A stretch of 64,000 bases of DNA, taken from Octopus sinensis (lineage: Eukaryota). Numbering within the stretch: the first letter of the stretch is position 1; every line of letters starts with the position of its first letter. Below the pieces are notes generated by a model. The model made no database searches. It was given only the letters and a program-made list of their open reading frames with translations, and was not told the DNA's origin. The position numbers and the translations under genes were made by a program. The DNA lies in contig NC_043006.1 in NCBI RefSeq assembly GCF_006345805.1, positions 67,270,001 through 67,334,000 on the forward strand, given 5' to 3'. This document shows positions 1 through 12,229 of the stretch, one piece after another.

Positions 1-53
1 CAAGGAAAGACTTAATCAATACATAAAATTTTAATAAAAAGTCAAAAAAACCG

Positions 54-95
54 CCACTACAATTGTTCTTGTCCTGATCGACAATCTTCAGGTGG
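54..95 (-). ncRNA. Minimal type-I hammerhead-like motif (one A missing from GAAA)
   Basis: Minus strand reads CCAC-CTGAAGA-TTGTC(gatcag)GACAA-GAA-CAATTG-TA-GTGG: 4-bp helix I, canonical CUGANGA, 5-bp helix II, palindromic CAATTG, UA site. Confidence 0.65.
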
Positions 96-502
96 ACTTC
101 CAATCTAAAATATCAATATTTTAAAATATAAAAATAATAATTTTAAAATAATTAAAGTATTAATGAAAAAATATAAAATATAATCTATATATAACCTATA
201 TATAATCCATATATAATCAATATATAAACAATATATAAACTAAAATAAACCTATCAACAATTAAATATAAAATATAAAATATAAAATATAAAACAAAACA
301 AAAAATAAACTATATATACACCCATACACATATAACTAATTATATAAACCATATCTAAATACATACACTAAATCACCACACCTATATATATATCCCTATA
401 CAACACATAAAAACGTCTAGGCAACGATAAATAAATAAAATAGCCAAATACTTCAACACAATACTTATTCATACTCCCTCACACACACATACAACCCACA
501 TT

Positions 503-1995
503 CCCGCTCTAGAAACGGACATCATTTAAAATTATGAATGGACAAATGAAATAAATGGAATTAAAAATTATATTCACTTGGTAAAACGAACATTACTTAA
601 AAATTATGAATGAAATAATGCAATAAAACAACAGACATCGCAAATAGACACAAATTACTACGAATTCCTTAACAAAACTACCATGATAAACCAAAACTCA
701 TAAAAACATATAATGATAAAATCTCCCTTTACTAAACTCTATAACATACCTATATAGCAATGCCCCTAACCTAAACATTCACACACAAATACACACACGT
801 TAAACCCGCACCCACGACATATACAAATACCCACCTCACTCACACATACCTATACTACATATAAACCTCAACATATACTCCAAAAACCCACTCAACCCCA
901 CACAGAAAAAATAAACACATACATCCCCAAACCTATATAGCAAACCCATAAACACATTCACACACAAATATACATACGTAAAACACCCACACCATATACA
1001 TATACATACCACTAAACTCGATATATACAACAATATTAACACACCCACACTCATACAGATAAACAAACTACACAACCAAAATACGCACCAACTCACAACA
1101 CAATCCACATACATAAACACTCCAAAGAAAAACAACATTATTACACATAAACGATATATAAAATACATCGTAAGTAACCAGAATATCAAAAATAACAATA
1201 TGACATAAGAGAAATAATATACATACTTTCAAGTCAGTTTCAAATTATGAAGTGAAATTAAATTCTAAGCCGTTAAAAACATCAAACCAAAATTACGTTA
1301 CCATAGGAACATAACTATGTATAAAAAGAATACGCGCTATGGAAGCAAACGTCATTTAAAATTATGAATGGAGAAATAGAATAAATGGAATACAATTATA
1401 TTCACGCGGTTAACCAACATTATTTAAAAAAAATATGAATGGATTCTTTAATAAAACTACCATGATAAACTAAAACTCACAAAAACATAAATGATAAAAC
1501 CTCCCTTTACTAAACCTATAACATACTTATATAGCAATCCCTTTAACCTATACATTCACACACAAATACACACACGTAAACCACACACCATAACAAATAC
1601 AAACACCCACCCCACTCAACACACACCCACAAGTACGTATAAGCCTCAACATATACACCAAACAAAATTACGTTACCAAGGAACTTAACATATGTATAAA
1701 AAGTATTCCCGCTCTGGAAAACGAACATCTTTTAAAATATGAATGGAGAAATGGAATAATAAATGGAATTAAAAATAATATTCACGTGGTAAAACGAACA
1801 CCACTCAAAAGTTACGAATGAAACAATGCAATAAAACAACAAACATCGTAAATAGACAAATTACCACGAATTCCTTAATAAAACCACCATGATAAACCAA
1901 AACTCATAAAAACATATAATGATAAAATCTCCCTTTGCTAAACTCTATAACAAACCTATATAGCAATCCCCCTAACCTAAACATTCACACACAAA
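503..1995. repeat. Three diverged direct repeats (~240-290 bp) in a G-poor, C/A-rich tract
   Basis: Copies at ~503-790, ~1333-1567 and ~1708-1995 share blocks such as aaaattatgaatgg, ccatgataaac..aaactca and ctccctttactaaa. Confidence 0.8.
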
Positions 1996-2059
1996 ATTGG
2001 ATTTAATCCTAAATCTGATTTTTTCCCTGTAAATTGGATTTATTCCCTAATTTATTATA

Positions 2060-2134
<75 letters not shown>

Positions 2135-2142
2135 TGTATACA

Positions 2143-2285
2143 AACTGGAGGAGATGTTCTCCTGGGGCTACAAGCTACAGTAACATCCACCTCAGTGGTT
2201 AGCCATATTGAAGATGGCAAATATACCTCTCATTGTCGTGCAGTTACTGTCTATACCTCGTTCAGAGATTATTATTGCGTATATA
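2143..2285 (+). mobile_element. 3' tail fragment of an interspersed repeat (homolog of ~31885-32035)
   Basis: gatgttctcctgggg..caagctacagta..catccacc..agtggttagccatatt..gatggcaaatatac..cattgtcgtgcagttactgtctatacctc is shared with the 31.9 kb copy; both end in (TA)n. Confidence 0.8.
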
Positions 2286-2558
2286 TATATATAATATATA
2301 TGTGTGTGTGTGTGGTATATTGTATATGTATATATAATATACATTATATATATATATATAATATATATATTATATATTTATATATATATATATAATATAT
2401 TTTTGCCTTTTCAAGAACATGGATTCTATTGAATGTATATAGCATGGACTCTATTGAATGTATGAAACAATTATGAACTATTCCATTATACTCTTTATAT
2501 AAAAACATGTAAAAATTAAAATTTATCTAATATAGTGGCATTTTCAAACTTCTTTTTT

Positions 2559-2611
<53 letters not shown>

Positions 2612-2671
2612 TATATTACGGAGATGTACTTGCATAGCAAGATTTGATCTGAGATCGTGTGCTGGAACGAA

Positions 2672-2885
2672 AAACAATTGCAGCGTGCAAGGTGTTTGTA
2701 AGCATTTAAGAAACACACAAAAGCCGTTCGATTCACTTCAACATTTAAGTTTAATTTGTCAAAATATTATCGTCGCTATAGACCGCGACCTGTTCACTGA
2801 CAAAAATCCGTGCTGCGATTTTTGTCGAACGGCTTTTGTGTTTCTTAAATGGCTTACAAACACCTTCCACGCTTTGCAATTGTTT
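2672..2885. repeat. Inverted repeat with ~60-bp arms (MITE-like or fold-back)
   Basis: 2672-2731 is the near reverse complement of 2825-2885; the spacer holds a 10-bp hairpin gacaaaaatc/gatttttgtc. Confidence 0.75.
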
Positions 2886-2906
2886 ATATATATATATATA
2901 TAAATA

Positions 2907-2958
<52 letters not shown>

Positions 2959-2982
2959 GTATTATATATATATATAATATAT

Positions 2983-3027
<45 letters not shown>

Positions 3028-3769
3028 ATATATATATATATATACACATTATATATACATACAAGGAGAAGAAGAAGAAGAAGAAGAAGACGAATTGATT
3101 AAGAAAACGAAGATGGATTTAGTGTTAATCTTTATTTAGTGTGACGATCGTTTCGACTCATCCTGCGACTGTCCTCTATGGGTGCCATGTTGTACATCCT
3201 ATTCTTTTGCATAAATTTTTGCAGTCTGTGTCACGTCAGGTACATTCATACATAAATTATGTCCCGCTAAAAATATTACGTCCAGACAGTCATGTTGGTA
3301 TTTTGACAAATCCGTCTTCTGTTTCCTTAATCGATTATTATCTCAACTAACACTACTGAATCTCCTTACGTAGATCCAACGGAAATATACCCTAACCGCG
3401 GATGACACCAGGTAGCCCAAACTGTGCTAGTGCTTTACTCAACATATCAACACTCTGATTGACATATACCCATTAATCCAAAAATTACACACACACGACG
3501 CACGCGCGCACACGCACACACATATATTCATATAATGAACGCAAGGAAGTCATTACTCGGTTATGATAATTCCTGTTGGGTAAAAAGAATGGAGACGAGT
3601 TATTTGACGTGACAATGAAATAGCTGAGTTTGTAGGCCTTATCATATTAGATATCCTTAGAAAAGAGATAAAAGAGCTAACATAGGTTTTTTTATAGGAA
3701 AGATGGCTTTGGAGTAGTATACAATAAAACGGATATGATACGGATAGAATAAGGAAAAAGAATTATGCA

Positions 3770-4290
3770 AAATACTTAGCGAATTAAGCCTAAGACCCAC
3801 AATTAATAACAACCTAAAGAAGTCAATTCCTAGATATTACCATGAACCTTAAGACAGGTTGATTTAAATGCTACAAACAAACCAAACTAGGGTGATTCGT
3901 ACATAGACACAGATTCCAACCACCCTATAACAGAAATTGAGTAAATGCTTAACATTAGCAAGCGTGTCTCCAATTTATCCGCCGACAAAGACACTTTTGA
4001 AAAAGCCGCAACATACTGTAAGGCTGCATAAGAAAATTCCAGCTTTAAGAATAGCATAAGAATAGCATATACTACATTGAACCAACTATAACTACGCCAA
4101 TAAGAGGCAAACAGAGGAAACTTTTATGGCTTCACCCACCTTATAACATGAATGTAGCTACTAACATAGCCAGGAAATTCTTCAAATTAATAGACAATTA
4201 CTTTCCACATTCACACAAAATCTTCAACAGAAATACTGTTAATGTTAGCTACAGTTGCCTCCGCAATATAGGGTCAATAATATTGTCACA
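3770..4290 (+). pseudogene. Degraded Penelope-like RT C-terminal/linker region
   Basis: Frameshifted translation gives SKRVSNLSADKDTFEKAATY, LLWLHPPYNMNVATNIARKFFKLIDNYFP and IFNRNTVNVSYSCLRNIGSI, matching the PLE WFNPPY..V.TNI and FNRNTVKVSYSC motifs. Confidence 0.8.
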
Positions 4291-4419
4291 ATAAATATCA
4301 AAAAGTAAATTGGCACTCCGTCGCTGACATGAAAGCGAAATATGCCCCAATGACGAACTACCTCAGCAGACAACTATAAGAACAGCACATTTGAAGTGTG
4401 CTCAAAAAACAAATCCAAG

Positions 4420-4684
4420 GGAGAAAAACATTCGAAAGATGCCACCCTCAAATAAGGTCCCTTGATTCATTGTTTTATTCATGAGAATCTCCGCGAACTA
4501 AACGAGGCTATGTTTTCCAAAATGGAAAACACAGCCTCGCTGATAGGCTTGAAAAATTGTTAAGATACCATGCTATTTTCCTACTTTTCTTAACATGAAA
4601 CCAATGGTAGTCTTAATTCACAAATAAAGAAATTATATCCACCAATGCGATGTTGAGCACTCATTTTCATTGTACAACATTTAC

Positions 4685-4690
<6 letters not shown>
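4420..4690 (+). mobile_element. Right-arm fragment of the MITE at 11026-11425
   Basis: Shares gtcccttgattcattgttttatt, ttttccaaaatgga and catgaaa.caatggtag.cttaattcacaaataaagaaattatat with 11180-11470. Confidence 0.75.
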
Positions 4691-4758
<68 letters not shown>

Positions 4759-5024
4759 TTATATACATAATTTAATGTTAATGTGACGCGCGCGCTCAGT
4801 CCAGCTAACATATATATATACTCAGTTCCACCTTAAGGAATGGGCACGCTGGACAGTTTTCCAGAGACCTCACGAATCTAGTGGCCCATTTCTGTTCTAT
4901 GCTTGTTGTAGCTTGCTGACAATAAGTAAATATTACAGACCACAGGGAATTGATTTGCTCGTGAAGCCTATAATAATGCTAAGACGGTCCTCTCTGGAGT
5001 TAAATGTGTACGACACACACACAA

Positions 5025-5074
<50 letters not shown>

Positions 5075-5094
5075 TTTTTTTTTTATCAAAATGT

Positions 5095-5297
5095 GACCTC
5101 GTGTGTACCGTTGGCGATTTTTTTCCTCTGTCTTCCTTTCTCTGGATCTTTCCTTCTCCTATGTTTCCGACGAAGAGCTCCGCTCGAAACGTTAAACCCT
5201 CCTTCTTTCCTTCTTTCCTGAGCGTCCAATAATACTATATTTGTTCCACGTCCTCGCGTTGTAGTGTTTTTTTTTGTGCTTCCTTGTTTGGATTAAC

Positions 5298-5310
<13 letters not shown>
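5095..5310 (+). mobile_element. PLE-type 3' tail with hammerhead, ending at (TA)n
   Basis: Homologous to the minus-strand tail at 37745-37930 (tttcctgagcg.ca..aatac); its last bases (gtttggattaactatata) recur inverted at ~39940-39955. Confidence 0.65.
5163..5197 (+). ncRNA. Minimal hammerhead ribozyme motif (U4C variant)
   Basis: GTTT-CCGACGA-A-GAGC(tcc)GCTC-GAAA-CG-TT-AAAC; helix III can form only through the palindrome AACGTT in a dimer. Confidence 0.7.
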
Positions 5311-5357
<47 letters not shown>

Positions 5358-5890
5358 GCATGCTCATATACAAATATTACCACAAATAAAATATTTAAAA
5401 ACATAGCATGAGTAAAAATGTATCAATGATAATGGAAAACATACAAACGTAAAAGATACACGATATCCTATATACAAATGAGTGATAACGTAAACGGTAT
5501 ATACGCATCTTAAACGAACAAGCATGACACTCCAAAACAACGTGGCGTATTGGGATATCAAAGCGCAGATGGGTACTTAGTAATAATCGATGTAAAAATC
5601 GATATAAAATCAGTAAGATAAATAAGAATAATTGATCAATTCACCATACGTAAGATAGACTAAATAACTGTAGCAATAGGAAATAGACCAGATGTAAATG
5701 TTATTTGAAATTTATGATGTTATTAATGCTATTAATATTTCTATGAAGAATTGAGACACACACATATACATATATATACATATATGATACTATATATATG
5801 TATATATATAATATTATATAATGCATATATATATATGTACGTATATGAACATATATATACATATACACACATACATATATATGTATTAAC

Positions 5891-5925
<35 letters not shown>

Positions 5926-5981
5926 TATATCTATGTATGTATGTATGTATATATATATATAATATATTATATATTATATAT

Positions 5982-6015
<34 letters not shown>

Positions 6016-6876
6016 TGTATGTATGTATGTATGTATATATATATACATATTGCGCAGATATTTTGGCCTGCAATAGTTATGCAATATAACCTCTACAGAT
6101 ACATAGTAATAACCAATACAAAATCAGTAAGGTAAACAAGAATAATCAATTAAATCGATTATATATATGCCAAGTGTATGCATTAATAGGGAATTATTAG
6201 ATGCCAGTCCTATTTGAAACTTATGTCGTTACTTATTAATAATCGTACGTTGGTTTTAGACACATAATCATTGTATATACACAAACATACCTAAACACAT
6301 ACATAATATATATATATATATATATATATCGACTCGTTTATATATCTGTGTATGTATGAGTCTGTGTTTTGTATGCAATGACTATGCAATATAGCTACTG
6401 AAGATTTTATCGTGTATTTCTGTAATCATAGTTATAATTTTTTTCGTTTTCCATAATAATTGAATGTCCAACTAAATCTTCGGTTGTATTCAATTATAAC
6501 TTCGTTCATTATATTTAATAGATTTCAATCCGCCATTAGACTCTCGAGCGCTTCGCATGTACATAAATGACAATCCTATCTGTCTCCTTGGTGTGCTTTG
6601 TCTGAGTTCATAATACTCGATTCCATATTAACCTCTGTGACCTAGAAATATTGAGTGTCTAAGCATGAGAAGAGAAAAATATTGGTAGAACACATAAAAA
6701 TTTGTCTTTAAAAAATTCCTGTAAACCTTGTGTAATCTTTTCACTCGTTATGGATTTTTAAGTATAGTTATAAACGATGTTTCTATGCTAACAGTTTTCG
6801 TTTAAAGTATAACTATCTGCTACTCCACAGTTACACCCGTATATATTATTTCTGTTTGTTGATCATGAAGTATTCG

Positions 6877-7240
6877 CGGCACTCCGTCGGTTACGACGAC
6901 GTGGGTTCCAACTGATCCGATCAACGGAACAGCCTGCTCGTGAAATTAACGTGCAAGTGGCTGAGCACTCCACAGATACGTTTACCCTTAACGTAGTTCA
7001 CGGGGAGATTCAGCGTGACACAGAGTGTGGCAAGGCTGGCCCCTTTTGAAATACAGGTACAACAGAAGCAGGAAGAAAGAGTGAGAGAAAGTTGTGGTGA
7101 AAGTGCTCAGGAGGGTTCGCCTTGTGGAGATTTAGGTATTTTCACTCAAAACACACTCACAACGCCCTGTCTGGGAATCGAAACTGCGATCCTACGACCG
7201 CGAGTCCGCTGCCCTAACCACTGGGCCATTGCGCCTCCAC
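6877..7240 (-). mobile_element. tRNA-derived SINE
   Basis: Minus-strand head GGCGCAATGGCCCAGTGGTTAGGGCAGCGGACTCGCGG..GTTTCGATTCC with Pol III A and B boxes; the body recurs at 15485-15802 and 23872-24175. Confidence 0.85.
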
Positions 7241-7581
7241 TATGAAGTATTATGTTGTTATGTGACTCAGTTTTCTACAGAGTCCTATATTTTATGAGAA
7301 ATACTCACAAGATCATTGATATTAGAATTAATACTAGGAAAATCCTGATCGAGCAGTTCTTATATTCAATATTTCTGTTATAGTACCTTTATGTACTCGA
7401 ATTACACCACCTTGGTCATAACATGTAGATATTATATACATGTAGGTATTATATACATGTGCAGACTTATGCTAATGAACGTACAAAAATATGAGGTAAG
7501 TTATTCACATCATTTAAATTTGATCTTATATTGTTTCATATACTATGAATGCGGAGTATATATTGTATATCATATATTTAA

Positions 7582-7795
7582 TGCGGTGAGCCGGTAGAAT
7601 TGTTAGCAATGCCGCACAAAATGCTTAACGGCATCTCATCTATCTTTACGTTCCGTATTCAAATGCCGCCGAGGTCGAATTTGCCTTTCATTCTTTCGGG
7701 GTCCATGAAAAAGGTACTGGTCAAGAACTGAAGTCCACGCAATTTTCTCGCTCCCTCCTCAAAGATTTCAGTCTTGTGCCTCTAATAGAAGGATT
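7582..7795 (+). mobile_element. Degenerate SINE (family with central ttgcctttcatcctttcggggtcgataaa domain)
   Basis: gccgaggtcgaatttgcctttcattctttcggggtcc matches many other copies in the window. Confidence 0.75.
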
Positions 7796-8118
7796 ATTTC
7801 ATATACATTCACTCACGCCAGTCCATTTCATGTATATGTAAACACAATGCACTGAACATCATAACCCAGAAACAGCTGTAAAGGCTTACCCACATTCTCC
7901 AGTTTCTTATTTGTGAGGTTCGAGGACAGCAATTCTTGGCTTTTTAACTGCGTATCGGGGATGAACCGCCACGAAGAATTCTTCGAATTTTCCCGCGTTT
8001 TAGCGATGACTTTACAGCATGAGCATTCAGAATTCATACCTGTAAATGAAGAATTACTACGATAACACGCTCTCCTCATTTGCCCGTTTATGCATATATA
8101 TATATATATATAATATAT

Positions 8119-8196
<78 letters not shown>

Positions 8197-8487
8197 TTGC
8201 TGTTTGCGCGTATATGTATATATACTTGCACAAACACAAACATACATACACACACACACACACACACGTATATTCAAATATACAATCAAGAGGTTAATAT
8301 AATTTGGGTCCCAAAGGTACCTCTGCTACATTAATATGTATGGACATGCTTAATACGTATGTATGTAGGTACGTGCGTGTGTATGTATATGTGTGTGTCT
8401 GCGTGTGTGCATGTACGTATATATTATGAAAGCAATGAACATAAGAAAACCCTGGAGGGCCATGTCTATACAGACTACATATGTATG

Positions 8488-8524
<37 letters not shown>

Positions 8525-9759
8525 GTATGTATGGATAGATGGGTGATTGGATGTGCGGTTGTGTATGTGTTTACGTATAATCAAATGCACATATAACAGG
8601 TTAATAAACTTTGGGTCCCACAAGTATGTCTACTTCATTAATAACCGCCATTTTTAATATCATTAACGAGACAACATTGCGTATTCCCAGATATGAATAT
8701 TTCGCTAAAAATTTCCTCATATCACAAACATCAACACCCCCTACCACCATATACGCACACACATAGCCCCACCAACACCACCATCGCTACCGCCGCCACA
8801 ACTACCACAATCTTATAATCGAAAAACATAACGCATAATGTATGCAGAGCTAGATATATAAGTAGGGAAGGTCAGTATCTGAACGTCTTCGTTTATAGGC
8901 CGTGGCTTAAATGAAATCTGCTTAAGACTGTGTGTGCGTATATGTATGTATATGTGTTTGTGTGCATATGAGTGTGTGTGTGTGTGTGTGTTTGTCGGTT
9001 TTTGAGTATGTAGATTTTTAAGTGTGTTAATGCCATGATGGCGGATAACATCGATGTTTATCATGTCACAGCGTTATCATTCAACTATAGAATCAGATAG
9101 AATTCTATAGACGCGTTAACACGTTTTTGCTGCTGATATAGTGGTGGTGGTGGTGGTGGTGCTAGTGGTGGTGGTGTTGATGGTGACGGAAGTAGGAATA
9201 TTATTGGGGGAGGTGACAGTGGTTGATTACATGGATTGGCGGGGTGTTAATAATACAAGTGCGATGTTTTTAGTGAAATATATTAATTGCCGTTGTTTTG
9301 TTGTTGTTACTGCTGTTCTTCTTCTTCTTGGTGGTGGTATGAGGTGGTAGTGGTGATTGTGGTGATGGAGGTGATGACGGTGGACGTTGTTGTCGTCCTC
9401 GCCGTCGGCGTTGTCATCGTTGTACTCGTCGTGGTAGCTAGATGTGGCGGTGTTTGCAAAGGTGTCATGTTGTTGTAGTTGGTGGTGGTGGTGGTGCTTC
9501 TTCTTCTTCTTCTTCTTTTTCTTCTTCTTCTTCTTCTTTTTCGTCTTCTTCTTCTTCTTCTTCTTCTTCTTCTTCTTCTTCTTCTTCTTCCAATCAGGAC
9601 TCACGCCACTAGCCACAAAGAATAATCTCTAATTCGAGCCTTACTCTAAGCTACTAAGAATGCTTGTGGCAACTTGAAGCTCTACTCACCGCACTCGATA
9701 GACTGGCGGTTGCACGGGTGCGAAAGCTACGTTGTTATCCTCATCCCTTAAACTCCCCC

Positions 9760-9888
9760 CGCCCCGCCGGAGTCTCGTGGAGCTTATGTGTTTTTGCTCA
9801 ATAAATACTCACAATGCCCGGTCTGGGAATCGAAACCGCGTTCTTACGACCGCCCTTCCGCTGCCCTAACCACCAGGCCATTGCGCCT
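9760..9888 (-). mobile_element. tRNA-derived SINE head
   Basis: gggaatcgaaaccgcg..ccgctgccctaaccaccaggccattgcgcctc is the reverse complement of the same A/B-box head as 7130-7240. Confidence 0.8.
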
Positions 9889-11025
9889 CTTCTCTGCTGC
9901 TGCTGCTGCTGCCGCTGTTGCCAGTGTTGTTGGTGATGGTAGAGTGTTGTTGGTGGCATTGAGGGCGGGGGTGGGGGTGGTGGCCGCCATCGTCGTCGTG
10001 TGATAGTGGTATGTGTTACACATATGTTATTGTGGTAGCAGTTTTCGGCAGGAGCGTTACTGGTGCTGTTTGCGTTTGGTGTTGATTCTAGCAATCGCCA
10101 TTGCTTTTGTTACTGTCGATAACTCGGTCGTTTCTCTCATTGTAGCTACTGTTACTGTTATTGTTGTTGTCATAATTGTTGTTGTCGTAGTTATTGTTGT
10201 TGCCTTTGTTGTTGTTGTTGCTTAACCCGAGATCAACCTTGATAGAACAGACGCCGTGATCAAAGACATCAGCGTCCAAGCCAGAAACATCTGATTTTTC
10301 AATACATAACATATTTCGGACTAAATAGACATGTAATCGACATAATGTGACAATTTCGGCTTCATAATAGTGATAACATCATCGATTACCTTTGCCACCC
10401 GGTGGGTCATGCAGAATTTGACATCAAACAGCAGTAGACAGAAGCAACGACAGATTTACATTTAAGACAACAAGGTCTAAGACAAACACATGAATTTTAA
10501 GTAAATATTGGAAATTAAGATTGGAGACATCGAAAATTTGATACTTCGTTATCAGGTTGCACTACGATTCGGTGATACATGAGGAAATAAAATCCGTTAA
10601 CTTGGAATGTTAAGTTGAAAATATTTAAGGTAAATAAGCACACGTATATATCACTATCACCCACTCTCTCTTTATGTATATGTATTATATAACTAAGATT
10701 CGGTTGAATTAGGTACATAAATTGAGGCACCAGGCCAGTTCGGTGAAGTCCGTACAGTTTGAAGTTAGGTGAACAAAAGGCAAATATGTAATATAACATA
10801 AGTAAATAATGTAATTATTTTGGTTTCTAGAACTGATATAAATTTGCTATAAATGCTAAAAATGGTTTATCCTTCATGTTGGAAATCTATATGGTCATCT
10901 GTCTCTGAGGAGAGCGGTTTCTTTCAAATTGATGTAATGTTTTCATTGATCGATTAATTAGAGCCGCTCGAAACGGCCGTAATGCATTGATACTTGGATA
11001 TCCTTGTTACTTTTTTTGCATTATA

Positions 11026-11425
11026 TATATATTCTTTATTTGTGAATTAAGGCTACCTTTGGTTTCATGTTAAGAAAAGTAGTAAAATATCCTAGAGTGT
11101 TAACAATTTTTCAAGCCGTTCACATGGAGAAAAGTGCTTGCTTACATTTCGGAAAATAAATAGTTTACCCAAAATACAAGTCCGAAGGAGATAAACATCT
11201 AAAAGATGTCCCTCAAGAGTAACGTCCCTTGATTCATTGATTCATTGTTTATTTACGTGAATTTACGAGATATCCCATGAACGAAACGAGACTGTTTTCC
11301 AAAATGGAGAACACCTTTCTCCATGTGATCGGCTTGAAAATTTGTTAAGTCATTAGGATATTTTCCTACTTTTCTTATCATGAAATCAATGGTAGCCTTA
11401 ATTCACAAATAAAGAAATTATATAT
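11026..11425. mobile_element. MITE with ~130-bp terminal inverted repeats
   Basis: 11026-11156 (ttctttatttgtgaattaaggctac..ttttcaagccgttcacatggagaaa) is the reverse complement of ~11294-11425; partial copy at 4420-4690. Confidence 0.75.
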
Positions 11426-11689
11426 CCACCAATGCAGTGTTGAGCCCTCATTTCATCGTTCGATATTTACGTATATATATATATATATATAAGGGAAATG
11501 GTCAACAAAAGCAAGAAAGGGCGAGTATCTCAGGTCATTTAGAATATTTGATTAGAGTAAGGCGAATCAAAAAGAGAACTAAAATTAATTAATGTCTTGC
11601 AGATGTTTCTGGGTAATTGGTTAGCATCTCCATACATCGAGTATTCCATCATTAGAGATTTTTTACTTGCCCCTAGATAGTACAACATC

Positions 11690-12110
11690 ATGCCTATCCA
11701 CAGCTAACCCGAATGCCCGCTGCAAGCCCATTGTAGAAAGTTTAATGTTGTATATAAATGCATTGTCCACAACACACTGCACAATTCTACTAGCCATTAC
11801 ATTGGATCTACAATTGTTTTAAGCAGAGATATTCCGCACATCTGAACTCATTTAGATATGAAGAGCATAGCAAATCCTAGTTCCTAGTCAACCACATATA
11901 CCATCTGATAAGTAAGAAAATATCACAAAGGATAACCTGGGCCATAATAGATTTTTGTGTTCCATCCCAAAGTCAGCACTACGCATGTGGACTCTGCCTG
12001 AAGGTAGCCCTCCAAATATTAATTCATGATTCAACACAATTATTTAGCAGACAGCATGAAGCATTCTCTACATATAAACATAAGTTCTATCGTACCTTTA
12101 GGTTCTTTCA
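11690..12110 (+). pseudogene. Degraded Penelope-like GIY-YIG endonuclease
   Basis: Frameshifted translation gives CPLQAHCRKFNVVYKCIVH..HYIGST, FKQRYSAHLNSFRYEEH and ITWAII..CGLCL. Confidence 0.8.
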
Positions 12111-12229
12111 CAGGTCCAAATGCAAGCAAAATCAACACGCATAACACTTGCCTATCTACATTTACTGTCGTTACAATATATTTACGTTTTTCCTTCAACT
12201 ATTAATGCTTTTACCTCAACATAAGTATA

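Noticed and set aside
1-2000. Mitochondrial control-region NUMT (strand skew; gacttccaatc resembles a tRNA-Gly anticodon arm)
   Set aside because: No cloverleaf or mitochondrial gene could be built, and the same bases fit better as the flank of a minus-strand hammerhead.
3141-3185. Hammerhead-like remnant on minus strand (GTC-GAAA-CGATCG-TC)
   Set aside because: No CUGANGA-like core and no helix I; at most a heavily decayed copy, so not counted.
7170-7240. tRNA gene
   Set aside because: A/B boxes are present but continue into a SINE body repeated many times, with no complete acceptor stem; the same applies to the other SINE heads.
10944-10984. Hammerhead-like remnant (CTC-GAAA-CGGCCG-TA-ATG)
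   Set aside because: The 5' core needs an insertion and a deletion and helix II is ambiguous; not counted.
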